Shown here: positions 20,927-34,600 of the stretch, in pieces
Numbering within the stretch: the stretch's first letter is position 1
How the letters are laid out: each line of letters starts with the position of its first letter
Position numbers and translations under genes: made by a program
Assembly (NCBI RefSeq): GCF_964355755.1
Contig: NC_092676.1
Span: forward strand, 27,174,871-27,238,870
DNA from: Antedon mediterranea
Lineage: Eukaryota > Animalia > Echinodermata
Reading direction: 5' to 3'
Length of the DNA stretch: 64,000 nt
Notes under the pieces: model-generated
Database searches by the model: none
The model's input: only the letters and a program-made list of their open reading frames with translations
Told to the model about the DNA's origin: nothing

Positions 20927-21106
20927 AGCTCTGTCTACACATATCAAACTGTGCCAAAAAAATGTGATGTGGCCATATATGGACATGATGATGTCAAATC
21001 ACTACCATATTTAAGGATACCACTACCATATTTGGACATATCACTACCATATTTGGGCACATCACCACCATATTTGCCAAACTAGTTTGATATTCTAGAC
21101 AGAACT
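20927..21106 (+). mobile_element. Harbinger-type MITE family A
   Basis: Both TIRs, TAA flanks, four internal 19 bp units. Confidence 0.85.
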
Positions 21107-24100
21107 TAACACAAAACCAATTCTCAGGTATGTTTCACAGTTTTTTGTAAGAGTGATATTATTTTTACATTAGTTATTAATTAGCCACCTGACTATGCAG
21201 CTGTTGAGTCTAACAGTCATTCTGCTCATACCTTTTACATTTGACAACATTTGATTGATGTAATTTGGAAGGATAACTACTTTTATATAACTGAAATCAG
21301 TAATAAATTTACATTAAATCTTTACATTTGCTGAAACTTAACCATTTTTATATTTTGAAGATTTTTTTTTAATTTATTAATGGATTAAAAGTTTGTTTGG
21401 ATCCAATTATTTTTGTATGCTTCAATAAAATACCAAACGAGCACATAATAAAGCTTAATTTTATGAATAAAATACAGGAAAAATAATTTTGTTTACCAAT
21501 ACAAGTGGTTTTATCAACTTTTCCAGTGTCACACAGCAGAATACAGTTACATTATTAAGCATTAAAATAATTATTAAATAATTTTTTTGCAAAGATGTTT
21601 GTATTTGGGAAGAAAGTCGATAAATAAATATGTCATGAATAATTGTGGTGCTTCTGTACTTTTTTTATCTGTTGCCCCTTTTTTATAACTGTTACAAAAA
21701 AAAAATACCCTTAAGGGTGTATAATTATTTTCTGAGGTTTAATTACAATACTGTATATACATCGTATAGCTTAAATAAATAAATGCAATTCTAGGACATC
21801 TGTGATCTATGATGTCATTATGAAGTTCAAATTATATAAACAAATGGCCTTAATTTTAATTGAATCACTGCAGAAACAAGTGATTGAGAACCGTGTATTT
21901 TGTACATATGGTGTGGTAGGCATTGTGTTAAACATACTAAAACAGAGAGTCACTTTGCTGCTAACATGCATACAAACTGCACATATGTTCGTTGCTGTTT
22001 AAGCATATTGGCGTGGGATGGGCTGGAACTCGGTATAAGACAGACTCATATGAACCAATTTTTGGTGGTGTACTGACTATGACTAATATAATAGATCTAT
22101 TGTTACGTTTAGCGAATTTGGAATCAATTGTGTTTGACAATATGATGTGTGTGAAATTCACCGGTACAATATGGTTTGATGTAGGTCGTGCAATATGTTA
22201 CAGTTTCAAACAAATTCAAAATTCATTTAAAATTAATACTGAAACAAAAAAACCTTGATTATTATTTACAAAATATATAAAATACTCTATAAACCAGACA
22301 TCACCGTATTTAAAAGAATTTATTTACACAGAAAATTAAAAAAAATTAATAAAAGAGGTCTTTATTTTTATCCAAAACAGATTACAAAAAATAAGCTATT
22401 GATATTGCACTAAATTGATATGGTTAACTTGTTGATTGATACTAGATTTGTAATAAAAACAAGTTTTATTCAATTATTCAATTCTATTTTTTTTTAACAA
22501 AAGGGTGTTTAAATTAGTTTTGTTTGTACTGTATAAAATTTTACAACTCCCTGTTTGTATGTACCAGCAATATACAGCATTCAATAACAATATATTATCT
22601 TGTTTGCCGCCCTCTATAATTCTTACATCTCATAACTTTTATCATAGAAAGATATTTTCCACACAAGTATAATAATATTATTCCCATTAAACAGTGACAT
22701 AGTTCACTTTTGTGTTTTTTTTTATTAATGCCTGTGTATTTTTGTTCATTTTTTATTGAAAAAAAAATTTGAAATATTTTGAAAAAAACAGCGAAGTTTT
22801 TAAAATGGAAAGTATTTTTTAAATTGATTTCCAGCTCATCTCATTTACAATGGTTTCTGTTGCAATGAACATGCTTATTCATAGTACAATGACATTCCAT
22901 TATATATTGTTGTCAAGTGAAACTCATTAATACACATATTATATAATAGTAATATATTTCATGCTTCGTTGCACATCAAATTAATAAAAAAAATGTACAT
23001 AACCTTGCTTCCCAGGGGTGGTATTTACAGTAAATGAAGCTAATACCCAACAAAGACCATTTAATTTCAAAAACCCTTCATAGTACATCAAGTACCCATT
23101 TGCACTCCTGATGGGGAAATTCATCCATTACTAAAGTGGCTAATTCAAGGACGAAACATGGGGTCTCCTACTAAAAACCAACAAATAATATTATCACTAA
23201 TGGGCCATCTTTAACTAGATATACATTATCATGAAAAATGAATACTTAAAGTACTCATTTTTACTCAATCTATTTTATGTTTTTGTTTAACATTTAATTT
23301 TTATTATACACAAAATATGTTGTTTTTTTTTCTGTATCTATATATGGTATGGATCATGTAATTATATTAATGATTAATTTTCAGCAATAAAGAAATTATC
23401 TTTGCCAATTAAAACATTGTATAACAAATTGTAACATTAGGATTTGAATAACAAAATGTCTGTAAATTAAAATGTTTATCTAAATTTGAAAAAGTATTTT
23501 ATAATTTGTTTTCAAATTTAACAATACTGTTTGGATTCTAGAAATTTAATTTGTTTAGTATGATAATTTTAGAAAATGTATATGTATAAAATTATCAGGT
23601 GGCGTACTATTCAATATCTCAGCATATTTTCTAAAAATTTACATCTGATATTATAAATTCTTAAAGATAAAAAAATGTCAGTAAACATAATTTCTAATTA
23701 AGTTTTCTTGAATGAAAATTACATTAATTTGTTTATAGTTAAAATTGTCCTCTTTTTTTGCCCTAGGCATCATCCAGCTTCAGGTCAATAATGGAAGATA
23801 GTATAACAGCAAATGAGAACAAAAAGTAAGTTTGTCTTGGTTTTTCTTGGGTTAATGAAACGTATATGTGTACTTTTTACAATTATTTTCCTTTTAAAAT
23901 CTGGGTAGGTGTAATACATTTCTATAAACATAAAATAAGATAAATTCTTATCAATAAAAATAGGTGATCACAAATTGAATGACGCCTTTATTAATTCTCG
24001 GCCATTTTCTCCATGTCATGATTGGACATGGCTAACTGCTAGTCATATTATGTTATCAGTATACATATTTCTACGTAACATTATAAAATTGTAAAACTTC

Positions 24101-24329
24101 TTTTCGTTTCTTAATTAAATACTATGACACATAATTATTGATAAAGTATTTCTATAGAAATGTATGTGATAAATAGAACAATTATTATATTACCACCTGT
24201 AACTAGAAACCTATAACTTTCCACAGCTTTCTACTTCTATAAAGCCTGATATTTTAGACTATAAAAATTAATTATTACGGTGCGCATAGAAGACGGTGGA
24301 TGAATAATTAATTCTGTTGTATATAATAC

Positions 24330-24710
24330 TGTGAGAAAGACGTGTTTAAGTACAGGTGCTCACTGGATTCATTTACGTTCTCAGGTGACCGTAATATTAA
24401 ATTGTGTGTATTTTAAGCCGTTTGCGAAGGGAGGATTGTAGTGGGGAAGGTTTTTGTGATATGCTTAAATATACAGGTGGTCACAAGATTATTTACATGC
24501 TCAGGGGGCTGATATTACATTGTGTGTGTGTGTAGGGAGAATTGTGTTGGATAGTGGGAAAGTTTTTTGTGATATGTTTATAACTACCGGTGTTCACAAG
24601 CTTCTTTACATGCTCAGGTGGCTGGTATTACATTGTGTGTAGGGAGAATTGTAGTGGGTTTTGGTATTATGGGAGGGGGATATTTTTGTGAAATTTTTAA
24701 GTACAGGTCC
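24330..24710. repeat. Diverged ~115-125 bp tandem repeat, 3-4 units
   Basis: Recurrent TACAGGTG-TCAC...TTTACATGCTCAGG...ATTACATTGTGTGT...GGGAGAATTGT. Confidence 0.7.
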
Positions 24711-27087
24711 TGCTTCAAAAATTGTGTCCTTCCTCCAATGAAAAATATTAAATTGTGAATTGCATTTCAGTAATGCATCATGTGAAGGGTAACTAATGTT
24801 TAATGATATTTGGAAAGGCTGTCTATCACATGAAATCTTGCCTGGGGTTGTTTAGTTTTAGATGTGTTTGGTCTTTGTCTTTTGGACTTCTTGGAAGTTC
24901 TCTCGGTGCTTCTATATCTTTCACTAGGGCTCTAATATGCCTTCTCTTTCTTCAAGTGATGTCTTGTTTTTAGTAAAATATTAAAGTTTTCTTCAGCCAG
25001 AGGATATTCTGTATCTTAATCTTTGTATGGTGAACAAACAAGCTGACCCAATTGCAATGTTATTATTATGTTATGCCATCAGCATTTTCTAGGCACAGAT
25101 CTTTTGTTTTTACTGGAGTATTTACACGGTATTGTTATGGCTCAGTAATTACTATAACACACTCTTATTAACTTCTTCATAACTCTCAGTTGTACGATTG
25201 TTCGTCAACGGCAAGAAGGTATTACATTATATGTGCCGATATTATTATTATTATGTTTAATTAAGATCAAATTTAGTTGCAACAAAACAGTCAGAAAACC
25301 TTGAGATCAGAAAAGCAAAGTCAATAAAAATTGAATTAAGTGATGTTTTGATTCTGACGATATTATAACCAAATTAGAAACATGGATGTTATGAAGAAAA
25401 ACACGTTGTTTTCAAATGATTGTCATCCATTAAAGAAATTATGACTTAAATAGCATTAAAATAGGATTTGTTTCTTCCGTTTATATATTTATTTAAAATA
25501 AATTTTTAAATATTGTTTTTAATTGACTGGATATAGTCATAATCAAAATACATTATAATTTCGTAATAATTGTAAGTAAGTAAATTTTACAATCTTTATG
25601 ATCCAGTTGGATGCCTTAAGAAATTTTTTAAGCTTTTCTACATCAAAGCTGGGAGCGGACAGTAAACAATGAAGTATAAAAGACGGTTCATTCACTCCTC
25701 AAACTTTGACCCCTGATTTTATTTTAATAATGCCACAATTGTTAATTTTAATATATTTTTTCAAAACAATTCGTAGGCCTAATTTAAAACATTTTTTCAC
25801 ATATTTAAATTTTTCCTCTCTGAAGACTGTCTTTATACTTCATGGTCAAACTGTGTGGAAATAAAATAAATTCATTTTAAGAGAAATAAAATTATTCACA
25901 TGCAAGGCCAAATAATAATGGAAAAGAATATTTATTGACAAGAGAATATAAAGAAACTAAAACGTTCATTTTCCATTGTGACTAATAATAAGGTGTCTGT
26001 CAAAATGAATTCAAATTTGGAAATAAGCCAACCTACAAAAGTTGGTTGGTGGGCTTACAAAAGAGGACCAGCATTAAATACCTAATATGACATGAGCAAT
26101 TTTGTATATCACTTAAGTATACATTTGTATGGGGACTCATGTATCACTAGGAGGTGGGCTTATACAACAGGGAGGGTGGGCTTATATTCAACAACTGTAA
26201 TGGGCTATATCCTCTATTTTGCATTGTGCCAAGAAAGCACAGTAATTGGAATAAAAAACAAATGTATTTTATTTCATACACATAAGCCTATATTGGACAA
26301 ATAAGAATTTTCTTTTCTAAAAAAAAAACCAAAAAAACTTCAGTAGATGAAAATATTAATACGCATACACTCTAGCCAACGCTTTTTTTAAAAAATGAAT
26401 AAATTCGCCTAGTGTATTTTAGTATCATTATTTCTGTTTTTTTTTTTTTAAAGATTCAATTATAATCCACATATTTATATCTTCATCTCATTTACTCTCA
26501 ACTTCAGTCCTTTCCAAGTTCAGTAATTAATTTAAGATCTTCAACATTCCGCTGCAAAGAGATAAAAAAAGGACGAATGGCAATTCTTGTTGTGAATGTC
26601 CCTCTCGCTCCCTCTCTGATAAACTATTGAACTAGACAAACTCAAAATAAAATTGCACAAAATGAATGACATTAAACTTCATAATTTATTCAAACTGATA
26701 TATTAACTCATCGTATTAAGGTTTTTGTACAATTTTTTTACGGGGTTCTTAAATCCATTACAATAATACACACTGCACTATACTTTATAAATAAACAGAA
26801 TTACTAAGAATTATAACCTTTGGTTTTCAGAGCATATTTAAAATTGGACGTATATAGCAAGTTATTAATTTCATTATTACTTTTGCACTACTGTGCTTAC
26901 CGTACTAACTTGGGAATAAGCCCATGTTACCCCATCATGGGCTTATACCCGAGTAAACACGGTAAGTATAACAACTTAATGATATATTGCAAGATAACTT
27001 AATAAAATTGTACTCGGACATTTTTTCATCATGATGGTTTACAGTAATATGAATGTCCGAGATTTCTCAAATGCCTCGGAACCCAAC

Positions 27088-27212
27088 CAAAGGGACCCTG
27101 GACCCCAATTGAACAAAGGGATCCTGGACCCCAATTGAACAAAGGGATCCTGGACCCCAATTGAACAAAGGGTTCTGGACCACAAATGACCGAGGGATTC
27201 TGGACCCCAATC
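27088..27212. repeat. 26 bp minisatellite, ~4-5 copies
   Basis: Unit AAAGGGATCCTGGACCCCAATTGAAC. Confidence 0.85.
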
Positions 27213-29083
27213 AACCAAGAAGGAAAAAACCATGTTTCTAAAATTACATTTATGCAATGATCAAATATAGCAAGAAAATATAAGAATAAATTGTATTCTA
27301 AAAAATTAATAACACTAATATTTGTATGATCAAATTTGGATGATTTTATAAAGTTAATAACTCATATGAGAATGTAATAAGTTATTTTTTTTTAGTTCAT
27401 AGTAAATTGAAAAAGCTTCAGCTCATTCAAAATATATTTAAAATATTTTATTAACAAGTTCAAAGATATGACTATCCCTTGAAATCAGCCTTATATATGA
27501 CAGCCTCTTAGACTAATACTAAATTGCACTGCAAACAACTGAAGAATGTACCAAGGCACTGCCTGACTTAAAAAATAAACTAAGAATAAAAATACCCATC
27601 TTATTACAACAATTGAATATAAGATACAAATTAATATAGTAACACCCTTCAAACCACAACAATGTAGTATTGTGATATACCATAAATATTTAGGACCACT
27701 CAGGGTTAGGTTTAGAAATTAAGGGGGGTAATGGGGTCCAAATTATGTTCCCCATGACATAGCACTGCCGATATGACACTTGTACATACACAATGAGTAT
27801 TAATCATGTTTATATTAATAGGAATGATAGTTTGAAAGGAATGATTTAAATACAGTTGGTAAAGTCAATAATTTTCCCTGAAATGTATCAGATCAGAATG
27901 GATGGATATTACTATATTAGTTTAGTCTTAATAATAACAGCCATTTTAACCAGAGTAATAAAAGTAATGACAGAATACATTTGTACCTGTATCAATGTAT
28001 ATAATTCAATACTTATTTAATCAACATATTAATTTATTCACAGCTGCTAGAGTGAAGAATGCTGCTGTATTTTTAATTAATTCACCTCCTGACAATTTAT
28101 CTATACAACTTGTGAGGTATTTTTTTTTTACAAGAATTAAAACAAATTGTAGACTGCAATATCCCTTTGAAATACAAATTAAAAATGTTTCTGAATCTCA
28201 CTTTCTGTTTGAACACTGGTAAATACTTGAGTAAATATATACAGTATTGCACAAACACACACACAACACCAAAGTTCTAGAAAGTAGTATTTGCCTTTTG
28301 AAATATTAGGTATTTTTTATACATATTTTTTGTCCCCTCCTTTACAATTAAAATTACATAAAAAACATTTTTCAAACAAGCAAGGACGAAAAAAGAACAA
28401 CTTTAGAACTAAAAAAAAAACCACATATTTGGCAGATAACTGGAATGTGGTCTTGGAATGATAAAACAAAAAAAAAGCACACACAATAAAAGAAATTATA
28501 TTCTAAAAAATAACAAGAAATACTAAACTATTCACGCTTGGCATGAACACAAATTGAAAAGAAAAAATCAAGATTCTAATGACTATATAAAGTACTGTAC
28601 TGAAAGAAATATATTTACATAAAGAGTTTCTCACAAAATTATTTTACAACTTTATCGAAAAAAAAAATGTACATAACTTTAAAAAATGGTTCTGATAAAA
28701 CAGTGATTAAAAATTTCTTAATTAGGACAAACGAAAGAAATGTTGAAATGAATAAAGGTTTTGCCTCATTATTGCAAAGTAGCTTATTTTTTTTATAAAT
28801 GAATAACTGAATTATAATTTCTGATACCAACTCTTTTATGTCAATTGAGTAATAAGTTTGAATTATATGATTTACACAGCTGACTGTATTAGTATATTAA
28901 AAGGATGGTTATAGAAACATTTTTACCCAGCATGCAATATCCCTCTTCTAACCTCACATTACGTACAGCATAAATGTTTACTAATGTTTTTAAGCATACA
29001 ACTTAGAATATTTTAATGTAACATAATTCGTAAACCATTACTCCACCCAAAGATGGAGCATATGAAAGGCATGCTAGGATTTA

Positions 29084-29292
29084 AGCTTATGTTCACACTG
29101 AGCACAGATTCTGGTCCTGTGGCTGGATAAACAATTGTAATTGTTTAACGGTATAACCATTCACAATAATTCATTCTGGATCCCATACAAAATGTATGTA
29201 TGTGATTACACTACATTACAAAATGTAACGTAGTCCAGATTTTTTTTTTTTTGGCTGCCTGACCTAATCCATGCTCAGTGTGAACGCAGCCT
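29084..29292. mobile_element. Probable Harbinger-type MITE family B
   Basis: Inverted ends GTTCACACTGAGCA and TGCTCAGTGTGAAC, with TTAA at both outer flanks. Confidence 0.6.
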
Positions 29293-31050
29293 TAATGAAA
29301 TAAATCCCTGATAGTATTGAAATATTACGGATCAAAATGAACCCTATTTACAAATATTTAACACCCTGTGTGTTTTTTTGTTGCTTTTCAATACTTCAAC
29401 CAATTTTTATAACAAACCCATGAATACCATACAACCATAGCGTAACGATGAACTATTTTAATTTTTGGTTTCTCTAGCTTAATACAGGGAACTGTCACTC
29501 TGAAACAAGTAGTCAATGAAGTCAAATCAAGTAATTACAACTGTAACAGTACTAAGAAATTAAATATAGAAATAATAATCTATCGAAAATTAAATAAACT
29601 TGAAAAGGATGGAATGTTATGTCTCATTGCAGCAAATTCTGATTAAAATCAAGAAAATTATTTTTGGTTTAATTGGATGTTTAAATTTTATTCAAATTTT
29701 TACTAAATAATAAATAATGTTTGGTCAATTTTTGTGTAATTCAAATATCATTATCCTTAATATAGGTAATGGATGTAAGTACGTCTGAACTAATTGTTTA
29801 AAATTTTAGTGGCTCTCCTATTAATACATTGTTAAAACTTTTAATTTTGATAATTAATGCTAGCTGTTGGGACTATATATTAATTAATAGCATTATTAAG
29901 TTCGTAGAGCTTGGTGTGTTTAATATTCCACACAGCATTTTTAACGTAATTATAAATTCGAGTATGTTGTAAATTTCGTTACGAACATGATTCAGTTGCA
30001 GCTGTACTCGTCTCACGGCGAACAATAACACAGGAAAATTGTGTGACGCAAAACAAACAACCGTTATTCAAAGTGACAGAAATAGAATTTTGTATTGAGA
30101 CAAAATTTTCTCGAATAATTACCAACACAAATCTGGAATCCTTTTAAAATGTATGTGTAATTTTGTTATCAACAAACTTTACTTGCTTCTTATTTCAATT
30201 TAATTTTGTACCTGATTAACACTAGTAATATATTTATACATATAATTTGATTACATATTTTATGTGGTATTAACTATATTTAAACTATAATATTGCATGG
30301 AATGAATCATTATTAAATAATTATCAGACAAATAGAGTACTAAGCACTAACAACTACACAGAAATTTAAAATGTTTCCCCGATAAAATTGAGGTTGAAAA
30401 TAAATATAGGACGAAATACTGATGACAGGGATAACTGTACGGCGTAGTAACAATTATCAAAGAAAATATTGATATTATTGCTAGATCGTGTTGCGTTGCT
30501 AAATACAAACACAACCTAAAATTTCAAGTAAAATAATACAATATTTGTAAAAGATTAGTGTCTGTACAGAATTGTGTCTATAAAAGGATAGAACGACGGA
30601 CCATGAATTAGAAATTTGCATATTTATATTTTCATTAAAACCATTAAAAGTTTCACACAACCAGAAGAAATACTTAGAAGAAGAGATGAACATCTTTACT
30701 TCTTAGCATCTCTTTGACAGTTCTTGAGTGACATCATCTTACTATTTAAAATAATTCCAAGGCATCAACCCTGGGTTATCACTTATCTAAATGAGACATT
30801 GCTAGAAAAATTAGCATCCTATAGTTCTACTAATAAGAAATAATGATACGAAAATTTACAATTCAATAATTTATACAAGTTTTAAACATAGAAAGACTGT
30901 AATTTATATTTGGTTTATATAAGAAAACAGCCATATTTGGCCCGATAATATCTAGGATTTTAATCCCAGTTTAAATAAATAATAATTAATAACCGGGCGG
31001 ATAACGATTTGGATTGTTTTTTTTTTCTTCCTCTTCTAGTAGTTGCAACC

Positions 31051-31427
31051 TCATGAGCTCATTGATTCAGGTTTTAACGGGAGGAATTCAGATTTGATAG
31101 GTAACGGCGTGATCGTTGTTGCGTTACTGGTCGGGTTACTACCTGGTGACATCACACCATTGTTCATCATTGCGTTGTTACCGTTGATGTCATCTACCCA
31201 TTTATCAAGTGACCGCCTTCTCGCGTTCATAAAAAAGTTACTGACTGTGTTCAGTTCGAGGCCGAGCTGACTAGCAATCTGCATTTGTAATTCCTTTGAC
31301 GGGCGTTTTGTCTCCTTGAAAATGGCGTGCAGCGTACGTCTCTGAATGTCCGTGAACACAAGTCTCGGTTTCTTAATCATATTGGTCGGAATCTGATTCT
31401 TGGCGTCATCTTCCTTTTTCTTACAAG
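31051..31427 (-). CDS. ONECUT: ONECUT/HNF6 coding exon 2 (homeodomain)
   Basis: ttttacag acceptor; phase 1 joins to give RLAACKKKE. Homeodomain KKPRLVFTDIQRRTLHAIFKETKRPSKE...VSNFFMNARRRS has the ONECUT-diagnostic F48/M50. Stop TGA at 31053-31051. Confidence 0.96.
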
Positions 31428-31539
31428 CTGTAAAATATAATATGAAGAAAATGATTATAAATATGAGAAAACAATCCATTTATCACTGTCGAATCCTAAA
31501 GAAAAACTGCTTTTGCATGAAGTTAGAAATAATTACTAA

Positions 31540-31691
31540 AGCTCTGGCTACACTATCAAACTTTATGTGACTGTGACAAAAAAAAATTTCATCTGTCCAT
31601 ATATGGACATGATGATGTCATATCACTACCATATTTGGGTATATCACTACCATATTTGGGTACATCACACAAACTAGTTTGATAGTGTAGA
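31540..31691 (+). mobile_element. Harbinger-type MITE family A
   Basis: Left TIR after TAA, core, right TIR truncated. About 110 bp from the ONECUT exon 2 acceptor. Confidence 0.8.
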
Positions 31692-34600
31692 AAAGTAAAG
31701 TTCATGAGAAGTAGGAGCAAAGAGCTACAGTGGCAGATCTATGAGAGAGGCGTGATAAGAAATAGATATAAATTCGTACTTAATGTTAAAATTGATAGAC
31801 AAGTGGATTTCACTAAAAAGGGAAAACTACCACCAGTGTGTATGTTTGTTTTGTATATAATTATGTAGAAATAACAGTAATATTTTGTACAATGTAAACA
31901 TTATTATGTGATGTTCATGTTTGGTTTTATACATCAATGTATTATACATATAAGAATTAAACCTCTAATGTATGTAGACATCTTTACCATTACACCACAA
32001 CACAGATAGAATGTACATATGATTGGATAGCTATTCTCTTTATATAACACCTAAATCAATTTCTGTCATTTGATTGGACGATTGTGGGTCACATGGCGTG
32101 CAATAGTACGCACTATTAAACGATTGTTTAATGGTATTTTTTTTGTGTACAAAATGCCAATATTTGTACCAATACACCGATAAACATTCATTATTTGTAT
32201 AATAGGTTATATACAGAAACTAGTAATTGAAATAAGTTAATGTTAACAAGCTAAAAATTATGTATTTATTATATTATACACAGATGTTTACGTTATCCAT
32301 CCTCTGTCACACATGTTTTATGTTTCACAGTTAAACTAATGGCTACGAATTAAAATGCGGAAAATTTCTGCAAAACTGTTTTGTTACGCCTGGGAAATTA
32401 TGTATTAAAATATACCCACAGCATCCAGATGACAATAAGAACTAGAAATTCTAACACAATATCTCGGAACGAGTTAGCAATTCAACCAAGTACACCTGGC
32501 GTAACAAAGGCTATACAATTCATACAATAAAAACTACAATGATGAATAATCGTACAGTAAGGAGAAACATTCCCTCTCTATTGTTCTCTTGTTAGTGATA
32601 ACAAACGCCTATTCTTGTGTCTTTGTGACTTACTCTCGTGTGTGGCTCGTGCATCGTATTCTTTAAGATATTTTCCCAACGCGGTCGAAAATGAACCGCA
32701 TAAAATTGATGTCAAACCAGGCTGAAAAATGTATTCCCAATTCGAAACCAGCTGGGAGGTAGAAATAGTTGTTTGCGCAAACAACACTATTAAAAATAGT
32801 GGGCTGGATAATTTGAAATATCAAATAATTTACATATTTCGTAATTTTTTTACCCGCCTCTCTCTCAACACAACTTGTAAATAATAGTAATGTTTAATGA
32901 ATTTCTTGGCTTTCCTGTTAATTCCTATGCTGACATTTAACTGCAAATTGTAAATGATTTTATACACATATTTTTTAATTTTTAAATATTTAGTTTTTTC
33001 TATTTTATACAGTATTTGATAAATTATTTAAATTTGTTTAAAGTACCAATCAAGAAATATTATTAAAAATCCTTTTGTTTTTATTTGTTATAATTAGACA
33101 AATTCTCTAAAAAAGGAACTGACAACTCCCAAAACAGGATTTCGCACACCAGTCTAAGCCTAATGTTTTTTCTACTCTTTAAAATCCATTCCTCAAAGCA
33201 GAATTCACAAATATAAAATTTCTTGTGATACATCACAAACATTAATTTAAATAGTAATCATTAAATTTAATGTTTCTTTTTATGTTAATTATAATTGAAG
33301 ATGCATTTGTAAACGACAATGCTTTCAAAGGTCCTTATGTAGCAAGTGGTAGGAACCAGCTGGCGGAGTCGTCGTAACTGTTTTTAACTTTATCCAATTA
33401 TAACAACAAGATACCGTGTCTCAAGCCAATGCATTATCAATGTACACTCTTTAATAGTACTTACTCTGAAAGCCATTAGATCTAATCCAATAAGTCTAAA
33501 AGAAAAACCTAGTATCAGAAATAATTAATACATATCTTAGTTAAGAGAAATTTACCACGACTAATTAACATTTTCTGATTTAATATCAAGCGATCTTTTA
33601 CATAATAAGTACTGTAACCTTTGTTAGAATTTGAGTTTCTGTGTTCAACTCGTATCATATATATTCGCAATTTATATTTAATATTCTAGTTGGTTGCCTT
33701 GATTCGGTTAAAAAATTCTGAATTTATTTGTGGAAATGTTTAGCCTAGTTGCATTTTAAATAAGACTTATATATACCATGTACAATCTCAATAAGTGTAC
33801 ATTATATATTACAACTTATTATTATGAAATTGATATGGCTATAATTATTGACAAATTTGTACCTTTTACATATTGAATTTTAATTTTTAAGCAAGTTTAT
33901 AAATTTATAGGTAGGCCTACAAATGAATTACTTTGGTCATTCAACTCATTCAGATAATCTTTGACTGGCAATACTATTTTCTCGTATGAATTCCAAGAGA
34001 ACCCTAGTTTTGTTTGATTACTATAGTATTAGATTTTGAATTTGTAATGAAGATAAGATAGAAGAAAATCTGGCCTACTTGACAGAAGTTTGTTATTATT
34101 ACATTGCCGTTGATGCTTGCATTTTGGCAGCACGAGGCAGTTTGATTATAACCCGATCTTTGCACTGCTACGGGGCAAACGACGAGGGATAACGTCAACA
34201 GAGCAGGCGTTATTGATCGTTTAATGGAACGAGTATTCCTTGCACACTACGCTAATGGAATTATAAATTGGTGTCATTTTCAGACCACCTTACGATCCGC
34301 AAACTTTTTAGATTAAACTAGTTCAGAGGTTTTTCTCTTCTGCTTGGGACTTGAAAACCGTGAATAGATTCATGATTCATCATTGGTTAGGAACGCATCA
34401 AACGCAGGACCGACACCACACCGGTGGTCAGGTTTTCTGCATTATTCCCAGCTCATTACAACGTAGATTATTCGATTAACAAGGGGGAGAGGTATATAGA
34501 GACCGAATGAATTACGTGTGAAATAAGTAATGATAGCTAAGGGCATTAAACCAATGCACTTTTTCATATTACAAGTTATAAATAAATATGGTTATTAAAT

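Noticed and set aside
31428-31479. Hydrophobic N-terminus of the 142 aa homeodomain ORF
   Set aside because: It is the intron polypyrimidine tract; the exon starts at 31427.
32030-32220. Possible small inverted-repeat element with TGATTGG motifs
   Set aside because: Terminal similarity is too short and mismatched, and no TSD is visible.
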